A stretch of 64,000 nt of DNA from Patescibacteria group bacterium (lineage in GTDB: Bacteria; Patescibacteriota; Patescibacteriia; Patescibacteriales; UBA12465): assembly GCA_049317985.1 (NCBI GenBank), contig JBMOHF010000003.1:22350-86349 (forward strand), given 5' to 3'. Position numbers and translations under genes: made by a program. The notes under the pieces were generated by a model, which ran no database searches, had not been told where the DNA came from, and was given only the letters and a program-made list of their open reading frames with translations. Of the stretch, positions 1 to 8,010 are shown piece by piece; position 1 is the stretch's first letter, and each line of letters starts with the position of its first letter.

Positions 1-183
1 GTAAAAGCTTAAAATCTTCTCTTGGTATCCTAATAAAACATATGAAAAACAAAAAGAAAAAGGAAAAACCTGCCGCTAAAAAAATTGGCAAGAAAGGACT
101 TCTATCGATTGGGGCTACACTTGCATCAATTATCCCAACTTTTACCCCAGGGAAACCGTGGCTCTAAAAAGCATCAGAAAATT

Positions 184-1587
184 ATGAAAAAATTTTTTCA
201 AATCATACTTAAAAAGATTGATGACAATTTGATAAAACCAAAAAGCCTTAAAGAAGAGCCGAGAAGAAAGGAATTTATTTTAAATATTTTATTAATTTCT
301 TCTGAAATATTAATGTCTGCTATTTTGATCTTGTCTTTCATCCGAGAAGTAATTGATTTGATTGCCGGAGAAGACCGCGGTTTTGAACCCGCGGTCTTTG
401 TTGTTATGGGGTTTGTCTTTGTTGTTGCCCATTATCTATCTCGACACCAGAAAATAAAGACCGCCTCTTTGATCTTCTTGGCAATCTTTTTTATTCCTAA
501 TTTATATCTTTCCTATCATTGGGGAATCGATTTACCCCAAAGTCTTTTGCTCTATGCCTTCACGATTCTTGCTTCTGGAATCTTAATTAGCACTCGATTT
601 TCACTCTTTGTCACCGCTTTTATTAGTATCTATCTTGGGACGCTGGGATATTTGCAGGGGCACGGAATAATCGTGCCAAATACTTATTGGACTTTGGAAA
701 TGACAACTATTTATGACGCAGTGCCAATAATAATTACTCTTTCTATTATGGCGACAATTTCTTGGCTTGCTAATCGGGAAATTGAAAATTCCCTCTTTCG
801 CGCTCTCCAGTCTGAAAAATCTCTGCAAATTGAAAGAGATAATTTAGAAATCACGGTTGAGAAAAGAACTAATGAATTACAGAGGATGCAAATGGATAAA
901 ATTAGCCAACTTTATCGCTTCGCAGAATTCGGACGAATTTCTTCGGGTATTTTTCATGACCTAATTAATCCTCTAACCGCAGTCTCTCTAAATCTTGAAC
1001 AACTTTCCAAAGATCATCGCTACAATGAAACTTCAACCCAAGTTGAACAGGCGGTAATGGCAGCGAAGAGGATGGAGACATTAGTTGTTAGTGTCAAAAA
1101 ACAATTGCAAAAAGAGGAGTGTCGGCGCTTATTTTCCTTGAATCAGGAGATCAAATCGATGTTTGATTTAATGGCTTATCGCGCTTTAAAAACAAACACT
1201 AATCTTAAATTCCGCTATCAAGAAGAAATAATAATATTTGGCGATCCTTTAAAATTTAGCCAAATAATTATGAATTTGATGGCAAATTCCTTGGATGCAC
1301 TGGAGGGAATGGAAAAAGAAGAAAAGGAAATCAGAATTAACCTGAGCAAGAAAAACGAAAGTGAAATGCGCATAATTACTAAAGATAATGGTCCAGGAAT
1401 CAAAGAAGAAGTAATCAAAAAAATATTTGAACCATTTTTTAGCACCAAAAAAGAGAAGGGCCTGGGACTGGGATTATCATCGATTAAACATCTTATAGAA
1501 AAAGACTTCAAAGGAACAATTTATGTAAAAAATTTACCAAGCGATGGTTGCGAGTTTGTAATTTCTCTACCAATAACCAAAGAATAA
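184..1587 (+). CDS. Sensor histidine kinase (multi-pass membrane N-terminus, HisKA + HATPase_c core)
   Basis: ORF 85..1587 (TTG) trimmed to first ATG at 184. H-box SSGIFHDLINPLTAV, N-box IIMNLMANSLDAL, G1 DNGPGI, G2 GLGLGLS. Several hydrophobic helices precede the H-box. No response regulator adjacent in window. Confidence 0.85.
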   Translation: MKKFFQIILKKIDDNLIKPKSLKEEPRRKEFILNILLISSEILMSAILILSFIREVIDLIAGEDRGFEPAVFVVMGFVFVVAHYLSRHQKIKTASLIFLAIFFIPNLYLSYHWGIDLPQSLLLYAFTILASGILISTRFSLFVTAFISIYLGTLGYLQGHGIIVPNTYWTLEMTTIYDAVPIIITLSIMATISWLANREIENSLFRALQSEKSLQIERDNLEITVEKRTNELQRMQMDKISQLYRFAEFGRISSGIFHDLINPLTAVSLNLEQLSKDHRYNETSTQVEQAVMAAKRMETLVVSVKKQLQKEECRRLFSLNQEIKSMFDLMAYRALKTNTNLKFRYQEEIIIFGDPLKFSQIIMNLMANSLDALEGMEKEEKEIRINLSKKNESEMRIITKDNGPGIKEEVIKKIFEPFFSTKKEKGLGLGLSSIKHLIEKDFKGTIYVKNLPSDGCEFVISLPITKE

Positions 1588-1594
1588 AAAAAAT

Positions 1595-2428
1595 ATGACT
1601 AGTCAAAAAACCTTTGCTCGAATTCTAAACAGCCCTGAGGGCCTCGCCTCTGTTGAGATTGTTAGTACCCTAGAAAAATCCTGGCAAGACAAAAAGGCAT
1701 TTTCTCCCTTATCAAAAGCTGAAAAAGAATCTTGGAAACAGGCTAATTTAAAGCTCTGGGCTTCCTACACTATTTATGACCACATTATGGATGGAGGCAC
1801 TAGTTTAGCTGAACTTCCTACCGCTAATCTTTTATTATTTGAAAGCGCCAAAATTCTTGGTGGAAAGAGCCAGTTAGCCGACGAAGCTTTTTTGCTAATG
1901 GAAACGGCTAACCAAAGAGAATTTTTGCGGGTTGGCGAACTAAAGAAGGATAAAAGTTATTGGCAAAAACTTAATGAAGACTCCCTCTTGAAAAATGGCC
2001 ACCAAAAATCTTTGGGACTATATATCTCCGTTTTCATATTTTTAGAAAGTCGCGGCGTAACTTTAATAGAGCAAAAAAAGTTTAGAGATTTCTTTATACA
2101 TTTTCTTAACTGCCGCCAACTTGCTGATGACTTGTATGATTGGCGCGATGATTTGAAAGATAATATTCCAACTGCAGTCACTGTTAATCTAATGAAAAAA
2201 TTCGGAAAGAAAAAATATAATCTCTCCGACTTAGAGGTAGAAGTTTTCATCAATCTTTATCCACATTTTCACAATTATTTAATTAAAACTCTAAATTTAG
2301 CAAGCGCAAGCGCAAAAAAGATATCGGTATTAGAAAAGAATAATTTTCTTGCTTCTTGGGCCGAGACAGCGCTCGAGGAAGAAGAAAAACGATGGCAAGA
2401 TTATCAAAAATTACTTAGGGATACGTAA
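1595..2428 (+). CDS. Hypothetical helical protein with two Asp-rich motifs (isoprenoid/phytoene-synthase-like fold suspected)
   Basis: 277-aa ORF 8 nt after the kinase stop. Motifs YDHIMD (aa 61-66) and QLADDLYDWRDDL (aa 175-187). Product assignment is weak. Confidence 0.55.
   Translation: MTSQKTFARILNSPEGLASVEIVSTLEKSWQDKKAFSPLSKAEKESWKQANLKLWASYTIYDHIMDGGTSLAELPTANLLLFESAKILGGKSQLADEAFLLMETANQREFLRVGELKKDKSYWQKLNEDSLLKNGHQKSLGLYISVFIFLESRGVTLIEQKKFRDFFIHFLNCRQLADDLYDWRDDLKDNIPTAVTVNLMKKFGKKKYNLSDLEVEVFINLYPHFHNYLIKTLNLASASAKKISVLEKNNFLASWAETALEEEEKRWQDYQKLLRDT
2381..2428 (+). repeat. Copy A of duplicated gene 3' end (functional end of ORF 1595..2428)
   Basis: gaagaaaaacgatggcaagattatca matches 3602..3628 at 25 of 26 aligned positions plus a 1-nt indel. 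Encodes ..EKRWQDYQKLLRDT*. Confidence 0.75.
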
Positions 2429-2462
2429 AAAGCGTGATGTCTAAAATATATACATATTCTGT

Positions 2463-2491
2463 TTGACTTTTACACACAGGTGCACTATAAT
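2463..2491 (+). promoter_or_regulatory. Sigma70-type promoter of the TA cassette (TTGACT-17 nt-TATAAT)
   Basis: TTGACT 2463..2468, 17-nt spacer, TATAAT 2486..2491. ATG at 2500 is only 8 nt after the -10 and has no SD, so the mRNA is probably leaderless. Confidence 0.6.
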
Positions 2492-2499
2492 TTTAGTAT

Positions 2500-3189
2500 A
2501 TGACTAAAGACTATTACAAATTCATCAAGGAGCTGCGCTTAAAAAGAGGCCTTTCTCAACTCGAAACTGCCGAAAAAATTGGGATTTCCCGCTCCTCCTA
2601 TATTGGCTTTGAACAAGGCAAAAATGAGCTGAGCTTACTTGAAGCGATAAAACTATCGGATCTTTTTGGCATTTCCCTAGAAGAAATGCGTGGTGGCCTA
2701 AAACCGAACTACGCAAAATACAAGCAAATGATTTTAGCCTATTTGCGATCAGGGAAAGGCGCTGATGGGAAAATACCAAAAACCAAGCTAGCAAAAATGC
2801 TCTACCTGGCTGATTTCGCTTGGTTCTATGAACACCTGGAAAGTATGAGCGGAATGCCTTATCGAAAAATTCAATATGGTCCAGTGCCAGATAATTATTT
2901 CCGCGCTATTGATGAGCTTTTTGAAGCAGGAATTATTGAAATAGACAAAACCACAAGAGACGGCGTCTTTTTTATTTCCCAAACTCGCTCTGGCGAACGG
3001 GAAAAATTGTCAGAACTCAATGCATCAGAACAAAAAATGATCAAAGATATCTCCGCGAAATGGCAGGGGAAAAGAACTCAAGATATTGTGAAATTTACTC
3101 ACGACCAACTACCATATTCTATTTGCGAAGAGAATGAAATAATCCCCTACAGCCTAATAACTCAAGAGGACCCAAGCCATGTTTATTAA
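2500..3189 (+). CDS. Antitoxin: N-terminal XRE-type HTH fused to Panacea (DUF4065/SocA-like) domain
   Basis: HTH: LRLKRGLSQLETAEKIGISRSSYIGFEQGKNELSLLEAIKLSDLFGISLEEM. C-terminal KTKLAKMLYLADFAWFYEHLESMSGMPYRKIQYGPVPDNY matches the Panacea/GepA-like pattern as I recall it. Confidence 0.8.
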   Translation: MTKDYYKFIKELRLKRGLSQLETAEKIGISRSSYIGFEQGKNELSLLEAIKLSDLFGISLEEMRGGLKPNYAKYKQMILAYLRSGKGADGKIPKTKLAKMLYLADFAWFYEHLESMSGMPYRKIQYGPVPDNYFRAIDELFEAGIIEIDKTTRDGVFFISQTRSGEREKLSELNASEQKMIKDISAKWQGKRTQDIVKFTHDQLPYSICEENEIIPYSLITQEDPSHVY

Positions 3190-3571
3190 ATATTCAGTAA
3201 ACATCGAGGAATACGCCCATCGCCACTTCATCAAAAAATTTTCCAAAAAATATGGCCGAGCCTGGGATATTACAATAGAAGCTCTCGTTAGAGAGTTTCA
3301 AAGTTTTGATATTATTTTGGAAAAATCTATTGCCGAGATAATTGTAAAAGATTTCGATGTTAAGATTATAAAAACTGAGTTTAGCGTCGCTGGGACAAAA
3401 ACATCTCGCCACGGCTCCGGCAACCGCTGTATCGTTGCCATGCATGACGATCAAAAATTGATCAATGTTTTATTGGTTTACCACAAAAATGATTTAGAGG
3501 GCAGCAATGAAACGGCTAGATGGAAACAAATAATTAAAGAAAATTACCAAAATTATTGCCATTTACTTTAA
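3179..3571 (+). CDS. Putative toxin partner (RelE/ParE-superfamily-like)
   Basis: 130-aa ORF overlapping the antitoxin stop by 11 nt. FIKKFSKKY..W N-terminal helix and GNRCIVAMHDDQKLINVLLVYHKND resemble the RelE/HigB-like G-x-R-hydrophobic core strand followed by a basic/His motif. Confidence 0.6.
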   Translation: MFIKYSVNIEEYAHRHFIKKFSKKYGRAWDITIEALVREFQSFDIILEKSIAEIIVKDFDVKIIKTEFSVAGTKTSRHGSGNRCIVAMHDDQKLINVLLVYHKNDLEGSNETARWKQIIKENYQNYCHLL

Positions 3572-3601
3572 CCACTTCCTGATTAAAAGAAACCCCCCAA
3601 A

Positions 3602-3662
3602 GAAGAAAAAACGCTGGCAAGATTATCAGTTATTATTAGCCAATACTAAAAATCCCGCCTAA
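3602..3662 (+). repeat. Copy B of duplicated gene 3' end (orphaned relic ending inside the terminator)
   Basis: gaagaaaaaacgctggcaagattatca. Relic frame reads KKKKRWQDYQLLLANTKNPA* with TAA at 3660..3662. Compare RWQDYQKLL in copy A. Confidence 0.7.
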
Positions 3663-3676
3663 AAGCGGGATTTTTT
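3648..3676. terminator. Bidirectional intrinsic terminator
   Basis: tcccgc (3653..3658) / gcggga (3665..3670) hairpin flanked by an A-run and a T-run. Lies between the convergent TA cassette and argS. Confidence 0.8.
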
Positions 3677-3698
3677 ATCAATTACAATATACTCCTTA

Positions 3699-5396
3699 TT
3701 ACATCTTCTCTAAAGTTTCAATCCCTAAAATATTTAAAGATTTTCCTAAAACAATCGTGAAGGCCTCAACCAACTTCAAGCGGAGGTTTGTGTTGCTAGA
3801 ATTAGCGACCGGGCAAGAATGATAAAACTCATTAAAAATTTGCGCTAACTCAAAAGCATAGTGCGCTACTAAAGATGGATTACGATTTTCTCCGGCAAAA
3901 ATAAGTAGTTCCGGAAAGCCAGCAATTTTTTGAATCAGGGCGAACTCGGCATCTTCTAAATTGGCTGTGTCACGAAAATCACCTTCAGTTTCTGATACTT
4001 TTACCAGAATGGAATTGGCACGGGCAAATGAATAGAGAAGATATGGGCCAGTGTCGCCATCGAAACTCAAAGATTCTTTTGGATCAAAAACCATGTCTTT
4101 AAAAACATTAGTCTTGAGTAATTTATATTTAATTGCCGCGAGAGCAATTTTCAGGGCACGAGTGGCGGCTTCGGCTGGATCAATGTCGCTGGTTCTTTCA
4201 ATAATTCCCTCTTTTGCTAAATCAGTTAATTCCCAAATTAAATTATCAGCATCAACAACCGTTCCTTCGCGTGACTTCATCCGCCCTTCGGGTAAAGAAA
4301 TCATCCCGTAAGAAAGATGACTAATTTTTTTGGCAAAACCCATCTTCTTCAAAATAATCGCCAAAACCTTAAAATGATAATCTTGTTCGTTGCCGACGAT
4401 ATAAATTGAATCATCATAGTTATAATCAGCGTCCTTTAAAAAAGCCAGATATAAATCCTGAGTCATATAGACACTGGTACCGTCGGCGCGCAGTAGAACT
4501 TTTTCGTCCAAACCATCGGCGGTCAGGTCAAGAATGATCGCCCCATCTTCACGTTTAGAAAAAACTCCGTCGGACAAATTTTTTAAAACCAAGTCCTTTC
4601 CCTGCTGATAGATTTCGCTTTCAAAATAATTTTTATCATGTTTGATTCCAACAAGCTCAAAAGTTTCCTTAAAACCCTCGAAGGCCCAATTATTCATTTT
4701 CTGCCAAAGGTTTCTGGTTTCCGGATCGCCATTTTCCCATTTCAATAGTAGCTCCTGAGTTTCCTTCTCGAGATTCTCGTCATTTTTGGCGAGGGAGGAA
4801 AATTTTACATAGTAATCACCAACAAAATGATCGGACTTTTTGTCCGGCTCAGCATTCTTGCCTTCTTTTTGATAGGCAATCATCGATTTGCAAATATGAA
4901 TACCGCGATCATTAAAAAGATTAGTGCGAACTACTTTTTCCCCGTTCGCTTCCAAAAGACGGGCTAATGATTCGCCGATTGATAAGTTGCGGAGATGACC
5001 AAGGTGCAAGGGTTTATTGGTGTTTGGCGATGGATATTCAATGACAATTGTTTTGCTGTTCGTTGGTGCATTACCAAATTTTTCACATTTGTCTAAAACA
5101 TCATCCAAAACAGAAATCGCAAAAGACGCACGATCCAGAAAGAGATTGAGGTAAGGACCAACCGCTTCAGCGTTCTGGATAATATTATGACCAGACATTA
5201 AATTCGCAAGCTTTTCGGCAATCACGGCCGGAGGAAGAGCAAGATCTTTGGATAAGACAAAACAAGGGAAAGCAAAATCACCCAAGTCTCTCGTTGGCGG
5301 AACTTCGATTTTTACTAGCAGATCAGAGGCTGAGACCGTCTGACCACTCAATTCTTTCACTTTTTCAGCCAATAACTTGGCGATTTTGCTTTTCAT
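3699..5396 (-). CDS. argS: Arginine--tRNA ligase
   Basis: 565 aa. HIGH-type PLHLGHLRN, KMSKS-type MKSREG, typical C-terminal DALR-like anticodon-binding region. Confidence 0.95.
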   Translation of the reverse strand: MKSKIAKLLAEKVKELSGQTVSASDLLVKIEVPPTRDLGDFAFPCFVLSKDLALPPAVIAEKLANLMSGHNIIQNAEAVGPYLNLFLDRASFAISVLDDVLDKCEKFGNAPTNSKTIVIEYPSPNTNKPLHLGHLRNLSIGESLARLLEANGEKVVRTNLFNDRGIHICKSMIAYQKEGKNAEPDKKSDHFVGDYYVKFSSLAKNDENLEKETQELLLKWENGDPETRNLWQKMNNWAFEGFKETFELVGIKHDKNYFESEIYQQGKDLVLKNLSDGVFSKREDGAIILDLTADGLDEKVLLRADGTSVYMTQDLYLAFLKDADYNYDDSIYIVGNEQDYHFKVLAIILKKMGFAKKISHLSYGMISLPEGRMKSREGTVVDADNLIWELTDLAKEGIIERTSDIDPAEAATRALKIALAAIKYKLLKTNVFKDMVFDPKESLSFDGDTGPYLLYSFARANSILVKVSETEGDFRDTANLEDAEFALIQKIAGFPELLIFAGENRNPSLVAHYAFELAQIFNEFYHSCPVANSSNTNLRLKLVEAFTIVLGKSLNILGIETLEKM

Positions 5397-5438
5397 ATTT
5401 GCTTATTTTGCCATTAATACTTAAGGAAATCAAGACTA

Positions 5439-5468
5439 TTAACAATTATAGCATAAAAATGCTATAAT
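5439..5468 (+). promoter_or_regulatory. Promoter (TTAACA-18 nt-TGcTATAAT) 6 nt upstream of ATG
   Basis: TATAAT 5463..5468 with upstream TG. ATG at 5475, no SD, so the transcript is probably leaderless. Confidence 0.45.
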
Positions 5469-5474
5469 ATACTT

Positions 5475-5846
5475 ATGAAACAATACGAAGAGGCTGCGGA
5501 CGGCCTGCAAAAAAAACTTGATTTCCCTGAACACCCAAGAAAAATTGACTGGGAAACGTATCTTGATGACTTGGAAGAAAAGATAAGAGAGGAGGACGCG
5601 ATTTACGCGACTACCCACCGTGAAGAATGGGATAAACAAGAAGCACTCCAAAAAGTTAGGGACGAGATTTCAGAAGTAAAAGAAACTACTGGTGTGTCAG
5701 TTGAGTTAGATGAAAATGGTCGACACATCAATGACGAGACCGCTTTTCATAAACAGGCGAAAGAAATAAAAGAAAAAACAAAAACAAAAGAAAAACTGTC
5801 GAAGCTAAGTCGGAACAAAGCCTGGTGGAGGTCAATGGCCAAATAA
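5475..5846 (+). CDS. Hypothetical charged (Glu/Lys-rich) protein
   Basis: 123-aa ORF with its own promoter-like signal. No recognisable motif. Confidence 0.5.
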   Translation: MKQYEEAADGLQKKLDFPEHPRKIDWETYLDDLEEKIREEDAIYATTHREEWDKQEALQKVRDEISEVKETTGVSVELDENGRHINDETAFHKQAKEIKEKTKTKEKLSKLSRNKAWWRSMAK

Positions 5847-5889
5847 AGCAGATTATAGACAAAATACAAAAAACGATATATTATATAAA

Positions 5890-6080
5890 CATCCAAAAGC
5901 GATTGCTATAGCCACCAACTATAGGTCATTCCTCAATAACTATTGAGCTAAGCGAATAGGATAAACCAAGATGCTCGAGCTTCGTCTCGAGAAACTGGGT
6001 GGAACCGCGAGACAAAAATAAGTCCCGTCCCAGTAAAAACAGTTTTTCTGTTTTTACTAGGAGGGGATTTTTTTATTAAT
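5890..6080 (+). promoter_or_regulatory. T-box riboswitch leader (Thr-specific) with intrinsic terminator, controlling thrS
   Basis: T-box sequence aaactGGGTGGaACCGCGag at 5992..6012. It is preceded by a Stem III hairpin ctcgag-cttcgt-ctcgag (5974..5991). ACC followed by A sits in hairpin loop 5912..5918. Long terminator stem plus T-run at about 6023..6077. Candidate promoter TAGACA-17-TATTAT at 5856..5884. Confidence 0.8.
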
Positions 6081-6101
6081 AAGAATTAATTTATAAAATA
6101 T

Positions 6102-7847
6102 ATGAAAGAAGAAGCTAACATCGAAATGAAGCGTCACAGCTTGTCTCATATTATGGCGGGGGCAATCAAAGAACTTTGGCCAGATGCCAAACTCGCAATT
6201 GGCCCAGCTATTGAGAATGGTTTTTATTATGATATCGATTTCGGTGATGTTAAAATCACAGAAGCTGATTTAAAAATCATTGAGAAAAAAATGGCTTTTT
6301 TAATCAAACAAAATCTCAAATTTGAGAAAGAAGAGAAAGATGTTGACCAAGCATTAGCCGAAGAAACTAAATCTGGTGAAATCTACAAGGCCGAATTAAT
6401 TGCCGGTATTAAAGAAAACGGCGAAAAAACTGTTAGTTTTTACACCGTTGGAAAATTTACCGATCTTTGTCGTGGACCACACCTGGAAAATACTAACCAA
6501 CTGCAACCTGGTTCCTATAAATTAAACAAATTGGCCGGTGCCTATTGGCGCGGTGATGAAAATAATAAAATGCTAACCCGCATCTACGGATTGGCTTTTA
6601 ACACCAAAGAAGAACTAACTGCTTATGACCAAATGATGTCGGAGGCAGAAAAAAGGGATCATCGAAAACTGGGAAAAGAATTGGATCTTTTCATGACTCA
6701 TGAATATGCCCCTGGGATGCCTTTCTTCTTGCCAAAGGGGATGATTATTCTTCAGGAACTAACAAAATTTGTGCGGTCTGAGTCATACGGTGATGGTTAT
6801 CAAGAAGTTCGTACTCCACAATTATTTAATGATGAACTCTGGAAAACATCTGGGCATTGGGGTCACTACCAGGAAGATATGTTCTGTCTTCACCATGCGG
6901 ATGACGACACTGATATGGCAATTAAACCGATGAATTGCCCAGCGCACATGTTGATTTTTAAGCGGGATATTCATTCATACAAAGAATTACCCCTTCGCAT
7001 TGCGGAAACTACAACTTTGCACCGCAACGAAAAATCTGGTACCCTCCATGGCCTCACCCGCGTTCGTAGCCTTTCTCAGGACGATTCCCATATTTTTGCT
7101 CGCCCCGAACAAATTCTTCAGGAAATTTCTATTCTTTTGGAAAAGACTAAAAGAATTTACCAAGTTTTTGGTTTGGCGATTGATGAGATTCATCTTTCCA
7201 CTCGCCCAGAAAAATTTCTTGGCGAACGGGCGGTCTGGGATGACGCAGAAGCAAGCTTGAAACAAGCCCTGGAGGATGCGGGCTTAAAATACCAAATCAA
7301 TGAGGGAGATGGTGCTTTCTATGGACCAAAAATCGATGTCAAAGTTAAAGATGCGATTGGACGACAATGGCAATTAGCAACGATCCAATTGGATTATCAA
7401 TTGCCAATTCGTTTTGATTTGAACTATATCGACAATGACGGTCAAGAGAAACGCCCCGTGGTTTTGCACCGTGCCCTTCTTGGATCGATGGAAAGGTTTA
7501 TGGGGATTATTATTGAACACTACACCGGAGCCTTCCCGGTCTGGCTCGCCCCGATGCAAGTAAAAATTGTTTCCGTGGCCGAAGCTCATGTCGCACACTG
7601 CAAAAAGTTAGCCAAAGAGTTAAGGGCGGCAGGTATTCGTGTGGAAATCGATGAAGCGAATGAAACGGTTGGTAATAAAATCCGGAAGGCTGCTAATGAA
7701 AAAGTTCCCTATATGCTAGTAATTGGCGATAAAGAAATGGAATCTGAAAAACTGACCGTCAGAGACCGCGGAAGCAAAGACACCCGCGAGATTAATAAAG
7801 AAGAATTCTTTACAGAGATTAAAGAGAAGATTGAGAATTATTTGTAA
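6102..7847 (+). CDS. thrS: Threonine--tRNA ligase (lacks N-terminal TGS domain)
   Basis: 581 aa. Begins at editing-domain motif HSLSHIMAGAIKELWPDAKLAIGPAIENGFYYD. Class II core and C-terminal anticodon-binding domain present. Confidence 0.95.
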   Translation: MKEEANIEMKRHSLSHIMAGAIKELWPDAKLAIGPAIENGFYYDIDFGDVKITEADLKIIEKKMAFLIKQNLKFEKEEKDVDQALAEETKSGEIYKAELIAGIKENGEKTVSFYTVGKFTDLCRGPHLENTNQLQPGSYKLNKLAGAYWRGDENNKMLTRIYGLAFNTKEELTAYDQMMSEAEKRDHRKLGKELDLFMTHEYAPGMPFFLPKGMIILQELTKFVRSESYGDGYQEVRTPQLFNDELWKTSGHWGHYQEDMFCLHHADDDTDMAIKPMNCPAHMLIFKRDIHSYKELPLRIAETTTLHRNEKSGTLHGLTRVRSLSQDDSHIFARPEQILQEISILLEKTKRIYQVFGLAIDEIHLSTRPEKFLGERAVWDDAEASLKQALEDAGLKYQINEGDGAFYGPKIDVKVKDAIGRQWQLATIQLDYQLPIRFDLNYIDNDGQEKRPVVLHRALLGSMERFMGIIIEHYTGAFPVWLAPMQVKIVSVAEAHVAHCKKLAKELRAAGIRVEIDEANETVGNKIRKAANEKVPYMLVIGDKEMESEKLTVRDRGSKDTREINKEEFFTEIKEKIENYL

Positions 7848-7869
7848 TTTTCTTGAGGAAGTGATGCAC

Positions 7870-7903
7870 AAAAAAACTTTCACCAAATGGTGAAAGTTTT
7901 TTT
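7870..7903 (+). terminator. Intrinsic terminator after thrS
   Basis: ctttcacc / ggtgaaag hairpin (7877..7896) followed by a 7-T run. Confidence 0.85.
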
Positions 7904-7925
7904 AATACTAAACAATTTAAATTTT

Positions 7926-7974
7926 AAAAACAAAAAACCCGAGGCACTTAGAATAATCTAAATAAGCTCGGGTT
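7926..7974 (-). terminator. Intrinsic terminator of the minus-strand giant-gene/lipoprotein unit
   Basis: aacccgag / ctcgggtt stem (7936..7974) with an imperfect inner stem. On the minus strand it is followed by ttttttgttttt. Confidence 0.55.
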
Positions 7975-8010
7975 CAAATCGCATCTAATGCTATCATTTC
8001 TTTCCTTTCT

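Noticed and set aside
42-167. 41-aa ORF MKNKKKKEKPAAKKIGKKGLLSIGATLASIIPTFTPGKPWL upstream of the histidine kinase.
   Set aside because: It is too short and has no supporting signals I can verify. It overlaps the TTG-extended kinase ORF. It could be a real small membrane peptide, but the sequence alone does not support it.
85-183. N-terminal extensions proposed by the ORF track. Examples are TTG 85 for the kinase, 21456 for porD, 20125 for xth, 32822 for murJ, 41950 for murE, 17424, 53948, 51368 and 47444.
   Set aside because: In each case an internal ATG gives an N-terminus matching the conserved family start or removes an overlap with a neighbouring gene. The extensions encode non-conserved, often hydrophobic junk.
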